Assembly (NCBI GenBank): GCA_965224085.1
Contig: CBDCYI010000005.1
Span: 416,001 to 480,000 of the forward strand
Direction of reading: 5' to 3'
Origin: Candidatus Marinacidobacterales bacterium
GTDB taxonomy: Bacteria > Acidobacteriota > Vicinamibacteria > Marinacidobacterales > SMYC01
DNA length: 64,000 nucleotides
A program made the translations under genes and the position numbers. Positions 29,698 through 39,939 of this stretch are shown here, one piece after another (position 1 is the first letter of the stretch; each line of letters begins with the position of its first letter). Under the pieces are notes generated by a model. That model saw only the letters and a list, made by a program, of their open reading frames with translations, had not been told where the DNA came from and searched no databases.

Positions 29698-30585
29698 GTG
29701 AGAAGACATTCCACGCTCCGCGTGGGGCTCAACGCCGCGATTCTCGCGGTGACCGGGGACAGCCCGCGGGTGCTCACCGTGGCGCAGGAGCCGAGCGGGA
29801 TTTCCGCCCTTCCCTTCGGACCTCTCGATCCCATCGAGGACCGGACGCTCGAGCTCGGTCTTCGAGGCTGGGTCCGCGAACAGACGGGCCTCGAGCTCGG
29901 CTACGTCGAGCAGCTCTACACGTTCGGCGATCTCGACCGCGATCCGTTCGCCAGCGGAGAGATGCGCGTGATCTCCGTGGCGTATCTCGCCCTCGTCCGC
30001 GAGGAGGCGCTCGTGAAGGGCACGGCCCGGTGGCTCGACGTCTACTCGTTCTTCCCGTGGGAAGACCGTCGGGAGGGACCGACTTCCCAATTCCAGAAGG
30101 AGCTTCTGCCTAGGCTCAGGCGCTGGGTCGACAAAGCCCTGAAACAACGGAAAGAGCGAGTCCATATCGCTTTCGGTCAAGGAAAAGCACCGTGGGATCC
30201 CGAGCGCGTGCTGGAACGTTACGAGATTCTCTGGGAGGCGCGCCTGGCAACGCACTCCGGCCGCGACATGGCCCTTGACCATCGGCGCATCCTCGCCACC
30301 GCGCTCGGCCGCCTGCGGAGCAAGATCCGCTACCGGCCCATCGTCTTCGAGCTTATGCCGGAGACGTTCACGCTGCTCCAGCTTCAGAAGGTGGTCGAGG
30401 CTCTGGCCGGGGTGCGCCTGCACAAGCAGAACTTCCGGCGACTTCTCGAGACGGGCCGTCTCGTGGAAGGCACCGGCGCCAGCTTTGCCGAAACGGGCGG
30501 ACGTCCGGCGGAGCTCTTTCGGTTTCGACGCGATGTCGTGCGCGAGCGGCCGAGTGCCGGAGTGAGATTCCCCCGGCTTGGTTGA
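29698..30585 (+). CDS. nadQ: NadQ (COG4111; Nudix-like + wHTH) NAD biosynthesis repressor
   Basis: LPFGPLDP, YVEQLYTFGD, DHRRILATAL, LHKQNFRR and GGRPAELF motifs; lies upstream of nadA with matching operators. Confidence 0.85.
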   Translation: MRRHSTLRVGLNAAILAVTGDSPRVLTVAQEPSGISALPFGPLDPIEDRTLELGLRGWVREQTGLELGYVEQLYTFGDLDRDPFASGEMRVISVAYLALVREEALVKGTARWLDVYSFFPWEDRREGPTSQFQKELLPRLRRWVDKALKQRKERVHIAFGQGKAPWDPERVLERYEILWEARLATHSGRDMALDHRRILATALGRLRSKIRYRPIVFELMPETFTLLQLQKVVEALAGVRLHKQNFRRLLETGRLVEGTGASFAETGGRPAELFRFRRDVVRERPSAGVRFPRLG

Positions 30586-30610
30586 CAGCTTCTCCAGGCT
30601 ACCTTATGCT
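30582..30610 (+). promoter_or_regulatory. Sigma70 promoter of nadA-nadC
   Basis: TTGACA(30582)-N17-TATGCT(30605). Confidence 0.8.
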
Positions 30611-30624
30611 CTTCCAGAGCATAG
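30604..30624. promoter_or_regulatory. NadQ operator 1
   Basis: TTATGCTC-TTCCA-GAGCATAG palindrome overlapping the -10 element. Confidence 0.85.
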
Positions 30625-30659
30625 TCGGGCGCGTTGGCCCGCTTTTTATTTGGCGCCAG

Positions 30660-30680
30660 TTGTTCTCCATATGAGCATAA
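30660..30680. promoter_or_regulatory. NadQ operator 2
   Basis: TTGTTCTC-CATAT-GAGCATAA with the same spacing, just upstream of the RBS. Confidence 0.75.
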
Positions 30681-30696
30681 GGAAGGGACGAGAACC

Positions 30697-31710
30697 ATGA
30701 CACACGGCCATACCGAGCCCGGGCCGCCCCCGTGGACGCCCGAGATTGCGAGAGAGACCGAGCCGCTCTACGAGAGACTGCGAGCCGTCGTGCCGGCGCT
30801 CGAGTGGCGCGTGCACGCCCCCTACATCCACGCTATCGAGCAGTGGAAGCGCAGGCGAAACGCCATCGTGCTCGCCCACAACTACCAGACGCCGGAGATC
30901 TTTCACGGCGTGGCCGATCGCTCGGGGGACTCGCTTGCTCTCGCCCGACTCGCGGCGGAGACGGACGCCGAGGTCATCGTCGTCGCCGGCGTGCACTTCA
31001 TGGCGGAAACTGCCAGCCTCTTGAACCCGGAGAAAACGGTTCTCATTCCCGACACGGAAGCCGGTTGCTCTCTTGCCGCCTCCATCACGGGTGCGGACGT
31101 GCGGCTTCTCAGGGAGCGCTACCCCGGCGTTCCGGTCGTGACGTACGTCAACACTTCGGCCGAAGTGAAGGCGGAAAGTGACGTTTGCTGCACCTCGTCG
31201 AACGCCGTTGAGATGGTCGAGTCGCTCGGCGCCGAACGGGTCATTTTCCTCCCCGACGAGTACCTCGGGCGCTGGGTGAGCCAGCAGACGAAGGTCGACG
31301 TCATTCTCTGGAAAGGCCACTGCGAGGTGCACGAGCGTTTCACGGCAGAGGATCTCCTGAGCGCGCGTGAGCAGTACGGCGACATCACGATTCTGGCGCA
31401 CCCGGAATGCCCACCCGGTGTGCTCGCGGAAGCGGACTTCGTCGGCTCCACTTCCGCGATGAGCGGCTTCGTCTCGGACCACAAGCCCGGCCGGGTACTC
31501 ATGGTGACGGAGTGCTCGATGAGCGACAACGTCCAGATCGACAACCCGGATACCGAGTTCATCCGTCCCTGCAATCTCTGCCCCCATATGAAGCGCATCA
31601 CGCTCGCCAACATTCTCCACGCGCTCCAGACGATGACGCATCGGGTCCAGATCGCCCCGGAGGTCGCGCCGCGGGCGCGACGAGCCGTGGAGCGGATGCT
31701 CGAGCTGTGA
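30697..31710 (+). CDS. nadA: Quinolinate synthase
   Basis: [31 protein letters not shown] and CPHMK motifs. Confidence 0.95.
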   Translation: MTHGHTEPGPPPWTPEIARETEPLYERLRAVVPALEWRVHAPYIHAIEQWKRRRNAIVLAHNYQTPEIFHGVADRSGDSLALARLAAETDAEVIVVAGVHFMAETASLLNPEKTVLIPDTEAGCSLAASITGADVRLLRERYPGVPVVTYVNTSAEVKAESDVCCTSSNAVEMVESLGAERVIFLPDEYLGRWVSQQTKVDVILWKGHCEVHERFTAEDLLSAREQYGDITILAHPECPPGVLAEADFVGSTSAMSGFVSDHKPGRVLMVTECSMSDNVQIDNPDTEFIRPCNLCPHMKRITLANILHALQTMTHRVQIAPEVAPRARRAVERMLEL

Positions 31711-31720
31711 GACGTCGCCG

Positions 31721-32590
31721 ATGAACAGGCCGAACAAGCTGCACCCGCAGCCGCCCGATGCGACCGTCACCGACACTCTCGTCAAGGAAGCCTTGAGAGA
31801 GGATTTGGCGGCCGCAGGTGACATCACCACGAACGCGATCGTGCCGCTGGAAAGGCAGGCGATCGCGCACCTCGTTGCGAGACAGCCCGGGCGCCTCGCC
31901 GGCCTGTTCATGGCGGAGCGCGTCTTCGCCCGGCTCGATCATGAGCTCGTCTTCGAATCGCTCGCGGCCGACGGCAGCGACGTGCAGTACGGTGAGCCTC
32001 TCGCTCGTCTCTCCGGAGACGCCCGCTCGATCCTCACCGGTGAGCGCACCGCGCTCAATTTCGTCGGGCGGCTTTCCGGCATTGCGACCTCTACCCGCAC
32101 GTTTAAGGAGGCCATCGGCCGCACTCCCCCCGACCTCGTGAGCACGCGAAAAACGACGCCGGGGCTCCGCGTTCTCGAGAAATACGCCGTCATTGCGGGG
32201 GGAGGAGGAACACACCGCTACGGGCTCTACGACGCCGTGCTCGTCAAGGACAATCACGTCGCGCTCGCCGGCGGCGTCCGCCAGGCGGTCGAGCGGGCTC
32301 GCGAGAGCCTTGGGGCTCTGACGACGATCCAGGTCGAAGTCGACAGCCTCGATCAGCTCGAAGAGCTTCTCCTCCTCGGAGTCGATGCCGTTCTGCTCGA
32401 CAACATGGACCCCGACACCCTGCGGCGCGCGGTCGAAATGTGTGCCGGGAAGATCCTCACCGAGGCCTCCGGAGGGATCACCCTCGAGAAAATTCGGGCC
32501 GTGGCCGATTCGGGCATCGATCGGATCTCGGTGGGCGCCTTGACCCATAGCGCTCGCGCTCTCGACGTCGCCATGGACGTCGAGCCCTGA
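31721..32590 (+). CDS. nadC: Nicotinate-nucleotide diphosphorylase (quinolinate phosphoribosyltransferase)
   Basis: GDITT, TRKTTPGLR, KDNH, EVD, LLDNM and EASGGI motifs. Confidence 0.95.
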   Translation: MNRPNKLHPQPPDATVTDTLVKEALREDLAAAGDITTNAIVPLERQAIAHLVARQPGRLAGLFMAERVFARLDHELVFESLAADGSDVQYGEPLARLSGDARSILTGERTALNFVGRLSGIATSTRTFKEAIGRTPPDLVSTRKTTPGLRVLEKYAVIAGGGGTHRYGLYDAVLVKDNHVALAGGVRQAVERARESLGALTTIQVEVDSLDQLEELLLLGVDAVLLDNMDPDTLRRAVEMCAGKILTEASGGITLEKIRAVADSGIDRISVGALTHSARALDVAMDVEP

Positions 32591-32680
32591 GGGTGGACAG
32601 CCAGGAGGTGACGACGAAGATCCATCCGTTGGATGCCATTCGTGGCGAGCCGCGCTGAGCCGGCCTTCGGGAAAAGGGTG

Positions 32681-33830
32681 CTACCTCGCCTCGACACTAG
32701 ATCCGTTTCGGGGGCGCCCGAGCCCCTCCACGACGGTCCATCGCGAACCACTCGGGATCTCACCGAGCTCTTCCACTAGACCCGAGGGCCAGCGGATCTC
32801 CACGTGCTGAGCCGAGTCTACTTCCCCCAGACCGAAGAGGACCTCGAGAGGGCTTTGCGACAAATAGCTACGACCTGCCTTGACCTCTTTGAAATAACGC
32901 CGGCCGCCGGCCTCAATCTCAATGGTCACGCGCGCACCAATCCCGTCACGGTTCGAGCGACGTCCGACGAGTCGTAGCGCAATCCAGCCGTTCTCGTTGC
33001 CACCGAGGTTGCGCAGCAGGCGCACGGGCTGGCCACATTGCGTCAGGAGAATGTCCTCGTCACCGTCGAGGTCGTAGTCCCCGGGCACGGCGCCACGCGC
33101 AACATTTTCTTCTTTCAGAGCGGCTCCGAGCGACTGGGCCACCTCCTGAAAAGTGCCGTCACCTAGATTCTGGAAAACGAAGTTTCGCTCCTCATAAGTC
33201 GTCGTATCTTTGAATAAATGAACGTTGTCGATGATATGTCCATTGGCCACGAACAGATCGACATGAGCGTCGTTGTCGAAATCGAAAAAGAAAGTTCCGA
33301 AACCCACATAGTTGAGCGACGGCTCGGCGATTCCAGCATCGAAGGATTGCTCCACAAAGATCTCGCTCGAATCACCGCGGTAGAGCGCGTTGTACTCGAA
33401 ATCGAGATTCGTTACGACGATGTCCAAAAAGCCGTCGCCGTCATAGTCGGCCATGTCCGTGCCCATGCCGGCCTGCGCCTCGCCGTCTTCGGAGTATCCG
33501 ACTCCGGCTAGCAGTGTCACGTCGTCGAACTTGCCTCCGCCGTCGTTTCTGAAAAGGAAGTTCCTCATCGAGTCGTTGGCGACATAGAGATCGGCGTCTC
33601 CGTCGTTGTCGTAGTCTCCCCAAACGACACCGAGACTCTTGCCTTCTCCATCCACGAAGACACCGGCGTGCTCCGTAATGTCCGTGAACGTGGCGTCGCC
33701 GTTGTTCTTGAACAGAAGACTTGGCAAACGATGAACCCACGTCCTCGAAATGCATGTTCTTGCGCGGACTAGGACCCACAAGGAGTGCGGATGCAACGAG
33801 CACCGCGAAACGTGCACGACCGGTCACCAT
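32681..33830 (-). pseudogene. Second CRTAC1/ASPIC-UnbV protein, internally deleted near 33735
   Basis: Signal peptide plus MHFEDV from ATG 33830 jumps to LPSLLFKNNGD; FG-GAP repeats and an ASPIC C-terminus follow. Confidence 0.8.
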
Positions 33831-33924
33831 GGTCGACGAGTATGTCAAAAAACGCTGGGTCGCAGTGCGAAAGGGCCGGCCCCGGAGCACCGGGGCCGAC
33901 CCGTACTGGAAACCCGATAGGACG

Positions 33925-35585
33925 TCAGAAACGGTAGCGGATACCGAACTGCGCCTGTCGTGAATCGCCGACCCGGTTCAATGCTGTGAACGTGGAGCGA
34001 CTGAAGTTCGTATTCGTGGTCCTTCGATTGGCGCTGTTGAACAAATTGAACACGTCCAAAAGAAGCTCGAGACTCCCCGCCGAACCGAAATCGAGCGCTT
34101 TCGAGAGGCGAATGTCCACATTGTAGAAACTCGGCTGGCGAGCGCTGTTCCGCGGCTGGAGGCCGTCCGGGGTATCGAGTCCGGATGGACAGTTCGAGCT
34201 GTCGATCACGGGACGATCATTCCGTAGGCCGTCTCCGTTGTCGTCGAAGCCGGACGTGATGTTGTAGGGATCGCCGGTGTTCATGATGATCGTTGAGCTG
34301 AGCTGGACGTCCGCTGGCAATGCCCAGACGACGCTTCCAACGAAGCGGTGGCGCACGTCACGATCACTGGGTCCGCGATCGACACCAAAGCTCTCGGGTT
34401 GCGACGGCCCGATCCCGGTTGCGCTGCGCTCATTGTCGTCTTCCGAGACGTTGTCCGAATAAGTGTAGTAGGCCTGAAAGAGCGAGCCTCCCGACAATCG
34501 TTTCCGGGCGGAGAAGACGAAGGCATAGTAGCGGCCGTTGGCATTCGACTGGTTGAGGGCTAGCCGACGGAAGCGTGGACCGGGACGGTTCCTGGAATCG
34601 AATAGCGCGCGTCCAAGCCCGTCAGTTTGCCCTGTATCCGTAATGTTGAGATCGACTCGCCTCTGGCCACGATCGGAGTCTGCATAGACGACGTCGACAC
34701 CCACGGAGAGATTCTGGACGACCTCACGCTCCACACCGACGTTGAAACGGGTGATTCGAGGGTTGCGAAAATCGGGATCCCAGAAAAAAACGTCCACCGG
34801 AATCGCTTCCAGCTGTGCGGAAAGAGGATCGTCGGGCGGCAGGCCCGCTTCGGGAAAAATTCCCGGAAACGTAAACGGCAGTACATCGAACCCGCTGCGA
34901 AGATCCACGGTTCCCTGACGAAAACCGTTATTAGTGAGGATGTTGGCGATCAAGAGCAGGGGTGTCCGTGAATAAAAAATACCCGCGCCGCCTCGGATGA
35001 CCGTCCGACCGTCATTGTTCGGGTCCCAGGCGATGCCGAATCGAGGAGCCCATTGGTTCCAGTCGTCAACGACCTCCTGTTGATCGAGGCCGAAAATATC
35101 GCCCGGTTCTTTGGGGTTGCGCGTCGGATTTCCGAATTGCTCCGTTGGGACGGTCGGATTGTCGAGTCCTTCCCACCTGAGGCCCGCGTTGACGGTCAAA
35201 CCAGGCTTCGGACGCCACGTATCCTGAACGTAGAGCGCGTACTCGTTTTGACCGAAATCGACGCTGCCCGATTGAAGTGTCGTGAAGCCGTTCAGCCCAA
35301 CGAGCTGCCGGAATCGGTTGGGGTTGCTGGCGATGTAGTCCTCGAGCGTGTTGAAGTCCCACTGCCCGCCGGAAAAGCCGATAAATGCTTGCTTGGTGTT
35401 CGTGAGGTTGATATCACCACCGACTTTCAGATCATGAGTACCGAACAAATACGTGAAGTTATCCGTGATTTGAAGGCGCGTATGCTCTGATGTGATCGGT
35501 AGAAATCCGGTGCGGCCAAAGTCTCCGACGTCACCGATGTTGACCTCGGGAACCTCGTTGGTAGCCCCGAGACGCGGCCGGCGCA
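33925..35585 (-). CDS. Oar-like TonB-dependent receptor, C-terminal part
   Basis: YVQDTW, APRFGIAWD, DVFNLFN and a terminal QFGIRYRF; truncated at a junction near 35585. Confidence 0.8.
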
Positions 35586-35589
35586 CCGG

Positions 35590-36505
35590 CTTGAACCGGG
35601 TGCGTGACGTCGACACAACCCACCTCATGATGCGCGAGCTCGACCTCCAACAACAGCTTCGCGCGATCGAAGATCCGTCTCGCAACATCACCCTCGACGA
35701 GCTCGTGGAGACTCGGGCCAGCTTCGATCATCTTCCCGTTCTCGCCGCCGCCGGCATTGTCTATGGCGGGGCCGAGGCCAAGATTCCGGTGAGCTTCGCC
35801 GTGCCGTACAGCGCATTGGGCCGCGAACGCTCCGCCGAACAAGTGCAATACCGTCTCGACTATCTTGTGCGGCTCATGAATGACGAAGAAGTAGAGGTGG
35901 CGCGTCGAGAGGACGCTCTTACGATCCGCCTTCCCGCGGATCAAGAGGCACGATCGAAGCAGAGAATGCTGAACTTCGAGGAGAGTCTCACCGCTGAGCC
36001 CGGCCGCTATCGACTCCAGGTGTTCGTCCGAGACCTACGTCGTGAAGCGCTCGGGGTATTCGAACGTGACCTCGAGGTCGCGCCGGCGCGAGACGGCGGC
36101 CTGTCTCTCAGCTCTCTTTTCGTTGCGGGTGCCATCATCAAAGGAGCCTCTCTCGCGACACCTCGGCCGTTTCGATTCGGGCCGGTGCGCGTCGTACCTA
36201 GCCTGGATGCAAGCTTCGGGCAGGATCAGAGTGTGGCGTTCTACCTCGAGGCATACGGAACTCAGAACGACGTCGACGAGCGCAAACGTATCCGAGTCGA
36301 GATCTTCGTGATGCGGGACGACCGGCTGTTCATGGGCATCCCTACCAGTTTTCTCCGACCGGCCGCCGAACCCGTAGGGATCAGCGCGATGATTCCACTC
36401 CGCAAGTGCTCCCCAGGCGACTACGTGCTTCGCATCCGAGTAACCGATGAAGTGACGGGCGAGCGATTGGAAAGGGAATCGTCATTCACCGTCCGCGGCG
36501 AGTAA
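35590..36505 (+). CDS. C-terminal Ig-like domains of a GWxTD/VWA-type protein (5' truncated)
   Basis: EPGRYRLQVFVRD, LSLSSL and PGDYVLRIRVTD motifs. Confidence 0.6.
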
Positions 36506-36606
36506 CCGCACTATGCTACAACGACATAATGTCACCGCAACATAGTAATGCACCAAGCGGACGCAACGTTTTTGAAACTCCGTATCGGAGCTCCACGTTA
36601 GAATCA

Positions 36607-36693
36607 GGCCGGCGTCCGCTGCAGCTGGTAGCCTAGAGCTGGCCGCAGCTTTCGGAAGGCTCGCCCCCGCGGCGGATCCGGCCGTTTCGTTTT
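36607..36693 (+). ncRNA. Candidate structured small RNA or leader (three-way junction)
   Basis: GGCCGG/CCGGCC and TCCGCTGC/GCGGCGGA stems, two inner hairpins, a U-rich tail and TAGAAT just upstream. Confidence 0.3.
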
Positions 36694-36694
36694 G

Positions 36695-38540
36695 ATGAAA
36701 CGTTACCGCGACAGTCGATGGGATCCTCGTTGCCGGAGTTGCGATCCTCGCCTACGTCAACAATCTAGGCAACGGCTTCGCCTACGACGACCGTTTCATC
36801 ATCGAACAGAACCCGCTCGTCCAGAGCCTCGATTGGTGGGGACTCGTTACGGCAAGCTATTGGGGCGAGATCGTCCACGCTGAACTCTATCGACCGCTCA
36901 CGCTCACAAGCTTTGGACTGAACCGAGCGCTAGGCGTGAGCTCCTTTGGCTTTCACCTCGTGAACGATCTCCTTCATGCAGGCGCGAGTGTTGTGGTTCT
37001 ACTCGTCGCGCGCGCACTCGGTCTGTGCCGCTACGTTTGTCTCGCGGCCGCGCTTCTCTTCGCGCTTCACCCCATCCAAACCGAAGCCGTCAACGCGATC
37101 GTGGGGCGCGGCGAAATCCTCGCCTTCGTTTTCGCGATCGGCGCGTTTCTGCTCTACGTACGAAAGAAGCACGCGGTTTTGGTCGGCCTGCTTTTTTTTC
37201 TCGCACTGTGCTCAAAGGAGAGTGCGGCCTTCGCCCTCCCGCTCTTCGCGCTTTATTGGCTCCTGTTCGAGCGTCGCGATCTGCTCCCCATGGCGGGCGC
37301 TGTCATCGTCTATGTGGCGCTCCGAGTGAGCGCGCTCGGCGGATTTGGCATCGGCGGCCGCGAGATTGGCTTTCTCGACAACCCCATCGCTGGCGCGCCC
37401 GTCGCGAGCCGTGTGTTGACCGCACCAGCCCTTCTCGCGAAATATGCCGGGCTCGTGCTTTGGCCGGGACCACTCTCCGCGGACTATTCCTACAACCAAA
37501 TCCCCATCCCGAGCTCGCTCGACTTTCGCGTCCTCGTTGGGCTCGCCATCGTCGTCGGGCTTTCGTTGCTGGCGTGGAAGCGGCGCGGAGCGGTCGCGTT
37601 CGCGGCGATGGCGTTCCTTCTGCCGCTCGCGGGATTTCTTCACATCATCTTTCCGCTCGGATCCCTGTTCGCGGAGCGGCTCACCTACCTCCCGATGCTC
37701 GGCGCGGCCCTTCTCATAGCACTTGCACTGAATGCGCTCCCTCGCCGCTCGGTGCTACTCGTGGTCCTCGTCGTCGCCTGCGCGGCGCGCGTCGTCGCGC
37801 GCAACCGAGACTGGCTCGACAACGAGACACTGTTTCGCCGGACGGTGGCCACGTCGCCGCAGAGCGCGCGAAGCCACTTCCTGCTCGGCGCCGAGCTTCT
37901 CGAGCAAGCACGCTTCGACGAGAGCGCGGCTTTTTTTGAAGCCGGGCTCCAAATCGCCCCGCAGCATATCGGCGCTCGGATGAGCCTCGGTGAGACGCAG
38001 CTAGGAGCGGGAAATCCTGTCGAGGCGCACGCCGCCTTCGAGGATGCGCTCGCGCGCGCGCCCGGGGACGAGATTCGTGAGTGGGCGCTCAGGGCCGCGC
38101 TGGCAGCGGGACGGGAGCGCGCACGCAACGGCATCTGGGACGACGCCCACCGCCTATTCGAGCGCGCGCTCGAGCTCGACCCTCGAAACGTCGACGCAAG
38201 AAACTCGCTCGGCCTCGTTGCCGAGCGACAAGGCGACGCCGACACCGCACGAGGTCACTACGAGAGGGCGCTCGTCATCGAAGCCGACTACACGCCCGCC
38301 ATCCTGAACCTCGCCAGCGTGCGCATGCAGATGGGCGAGCTTGAAGCCGCGGTCGAGCTTTTTTCGAGAGCCGTGGCTCTCGCGCCGAGCTCGTACGAGG
38401 CCTACAATGGCCTGGGGATCGCCATGGCACGACAGGGACGAAACGACGAGGCCGAAGCGGCTTTTCGAAAAGCGCTCGCGATCGATCCCGAGCTCGATGC
38501 CGCGCGGGACAACCTCCGCGCGCTCGGGAAAATGCCATGA
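36695..38540 (+). CDS. TMTC-like (GT105-type) membrane O-mannosyltransferase with TPR repeats; probable frameshift near 36720
   Basis: The frame upstream of 36936 encodes NGFAYDDRFII...LYRPLT; HPIQTEAV, SKESA, LSADYS, AERLTYLP and C-terminal TPRs follow. Confidence 0.8.
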
Positions 38541-39913
38541 GCTTCGTCCTCAGAGCGCTTCTTTTTTTGGGAGCTCTCACGCAAGATCCTGTGCAGGAAG
38601 CCCGGGCGCTCGTAGAACAAGGGCAGAGCCTTCAGGCGCTCCAGGTGCTCGAAAAGGCCTCGCGCGCGCGGCCGGATGACGCCGCAATCCAGCTTGCGCT
38701 CAGCGCGCTCTATGCGGCCGGTGGACGGGTCGAGGAGGCCCTCCGGCACGTCGAGCGCGCGGTGGCGCTAGCGCCGAACGACACGTCCTACGCCTACGCC
38801 CAGGGAGAGCTTCTCTACCGCAGCGGGCGTATCGAGGAAGCCAAAGCGGCGCTCGAAAAGGCCGCCGACGTTCCCGAATCGCTAATCCTGCTCGCCGCCG
38901 TCTACGAGAAGCTCGGGCCGAAAGACGCGATGTTCTCTGCGCTCGGCCGCTATCTCGAGCTCCGGCCAGAAGACCAAAGCGCGCGGCTCATGCTCGGCCA
39001 GAAGCTCGAGGCGGAAAAGCGCTACGACGACGCGCTCGTTGCATACCGGGGCGGCCCGGACGATCCCCTGCTGCTCTATCACGTCGCCAATCTGTTGAGC
39101 CGCGATCGTGAGAGCTATGCAGAAGCCGAAGCGCAAGTGCGCAAGGCGCTCGAAATCTCTCCCGAGATGCTCGCAGCACGACTCCTTCTCACGCGCATTC
39201 TCGAGCGCACCGAGCGTGATGAGGAAGCGCTCCCGGAGCTCGAAAGAGCACGGAAGGACCATCCGGAAGCATCCCAGGTCTATTACAACCTCGCGACGGC
39301 TTATCGGCGGGCGGGCCGGATCGACGAGGCCCAGGACGCGGCTGCGCGGTTCCAGGAGCTCAGCCGAGAAGAGCAAGCCAAAGACGAGCGCGAAGCTCGA
39401 AGCGCCGCAACTTACAAACGCGCCGTCGATCTTCTCACTCGCGGGAACATGCGCGAGGCCGAAAGCGTTTTTGCGAGCGTGCTCGATATCGACCCAGAGC
39501 ACTCCCTCGCGCGCTCGATGCTCGCGAAGATTGCTTTTTCCAAAGGCGACGTCCAAGCCGCCTATGAGTGGATCACCGAAGCCATCGAAAAAGACGACGG
39601 TGTCGGTGAGTTCTACTATCTCGCGGCTCTCTTTCTCATGCGGGCGGGAAAACTAGCGGAAGCGAAGCCCGCCGTCGAGCGGGCCGTACGCCTCGACGAG
39701 GCCTTCCCAGATGCGTGGTCGCTTCTGGGCTCTATCTTGATGGATTCGAAGGACCCAGAACAAGCGGTGGAATGTTTCTCGCATGCGGCCGCGCTCGAGC
39801 CCCAAAACGCCACGACCCAGCTGAACCTCGCTTCAGCCTACGCCGCGCTCGGGAACACGGCCGAAGAGCAAGCCGCGATGGCCCGCTATCACGAGCTGAG
39901 CGCACGGCGCTAG
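38537..39913 (+). CDS. Exported TPR repeat protein
   Basis: Signal peptide and multiple TPR motifs; translationally coupled through ATGA. Confidence 0.85.
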   Translation: MSFVLRALLFLGALTQDPVQEARALVEQGQSLQALQVLEKASRARPDDAAIQLALSALYAAGGRVEEALRHVERAVALAPNDTSYAYAQGELLYRSGRIEEAKAALEKAADVPESLILLAAVYEKLGPKDAMFSALGRYLELRPEDQSARLMLGQKLEAEKRYDDALVAYRGGPDDPLLLYHVANLLSRDRESYAEAEAQVRKALEISPEMLAARLLLTRILERTERDEEALPELERARKDHPEASQVYYNLATAYRRAGRIDEAQDAAARFQELSREEQAKDEREARSAATYKRAVDLLTRGNMREAESVFASVLDIDPEHSLARSMLAKIAFSKGDVQAAYEWITEAIEKDDGVGEFYYLAALFLMRAGKLAEAKPAVERAVRLDEAFPDAWSLLGSILMDSKDPEQAVECFSHAAALEPQNATTQLNLASAYAALGNTAEEQAAMARYHELSARR

Positions 39914-39939
39914 AGCTAGTCTCCGCTCGAGTCGCACCC

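Noticed and set aside
36607-36683. tRNA or SRP RNA
   Set aside because: No T-loop GTTC, anticodon arm or CCA, and no SRP helix-8 internal-loop consensus.
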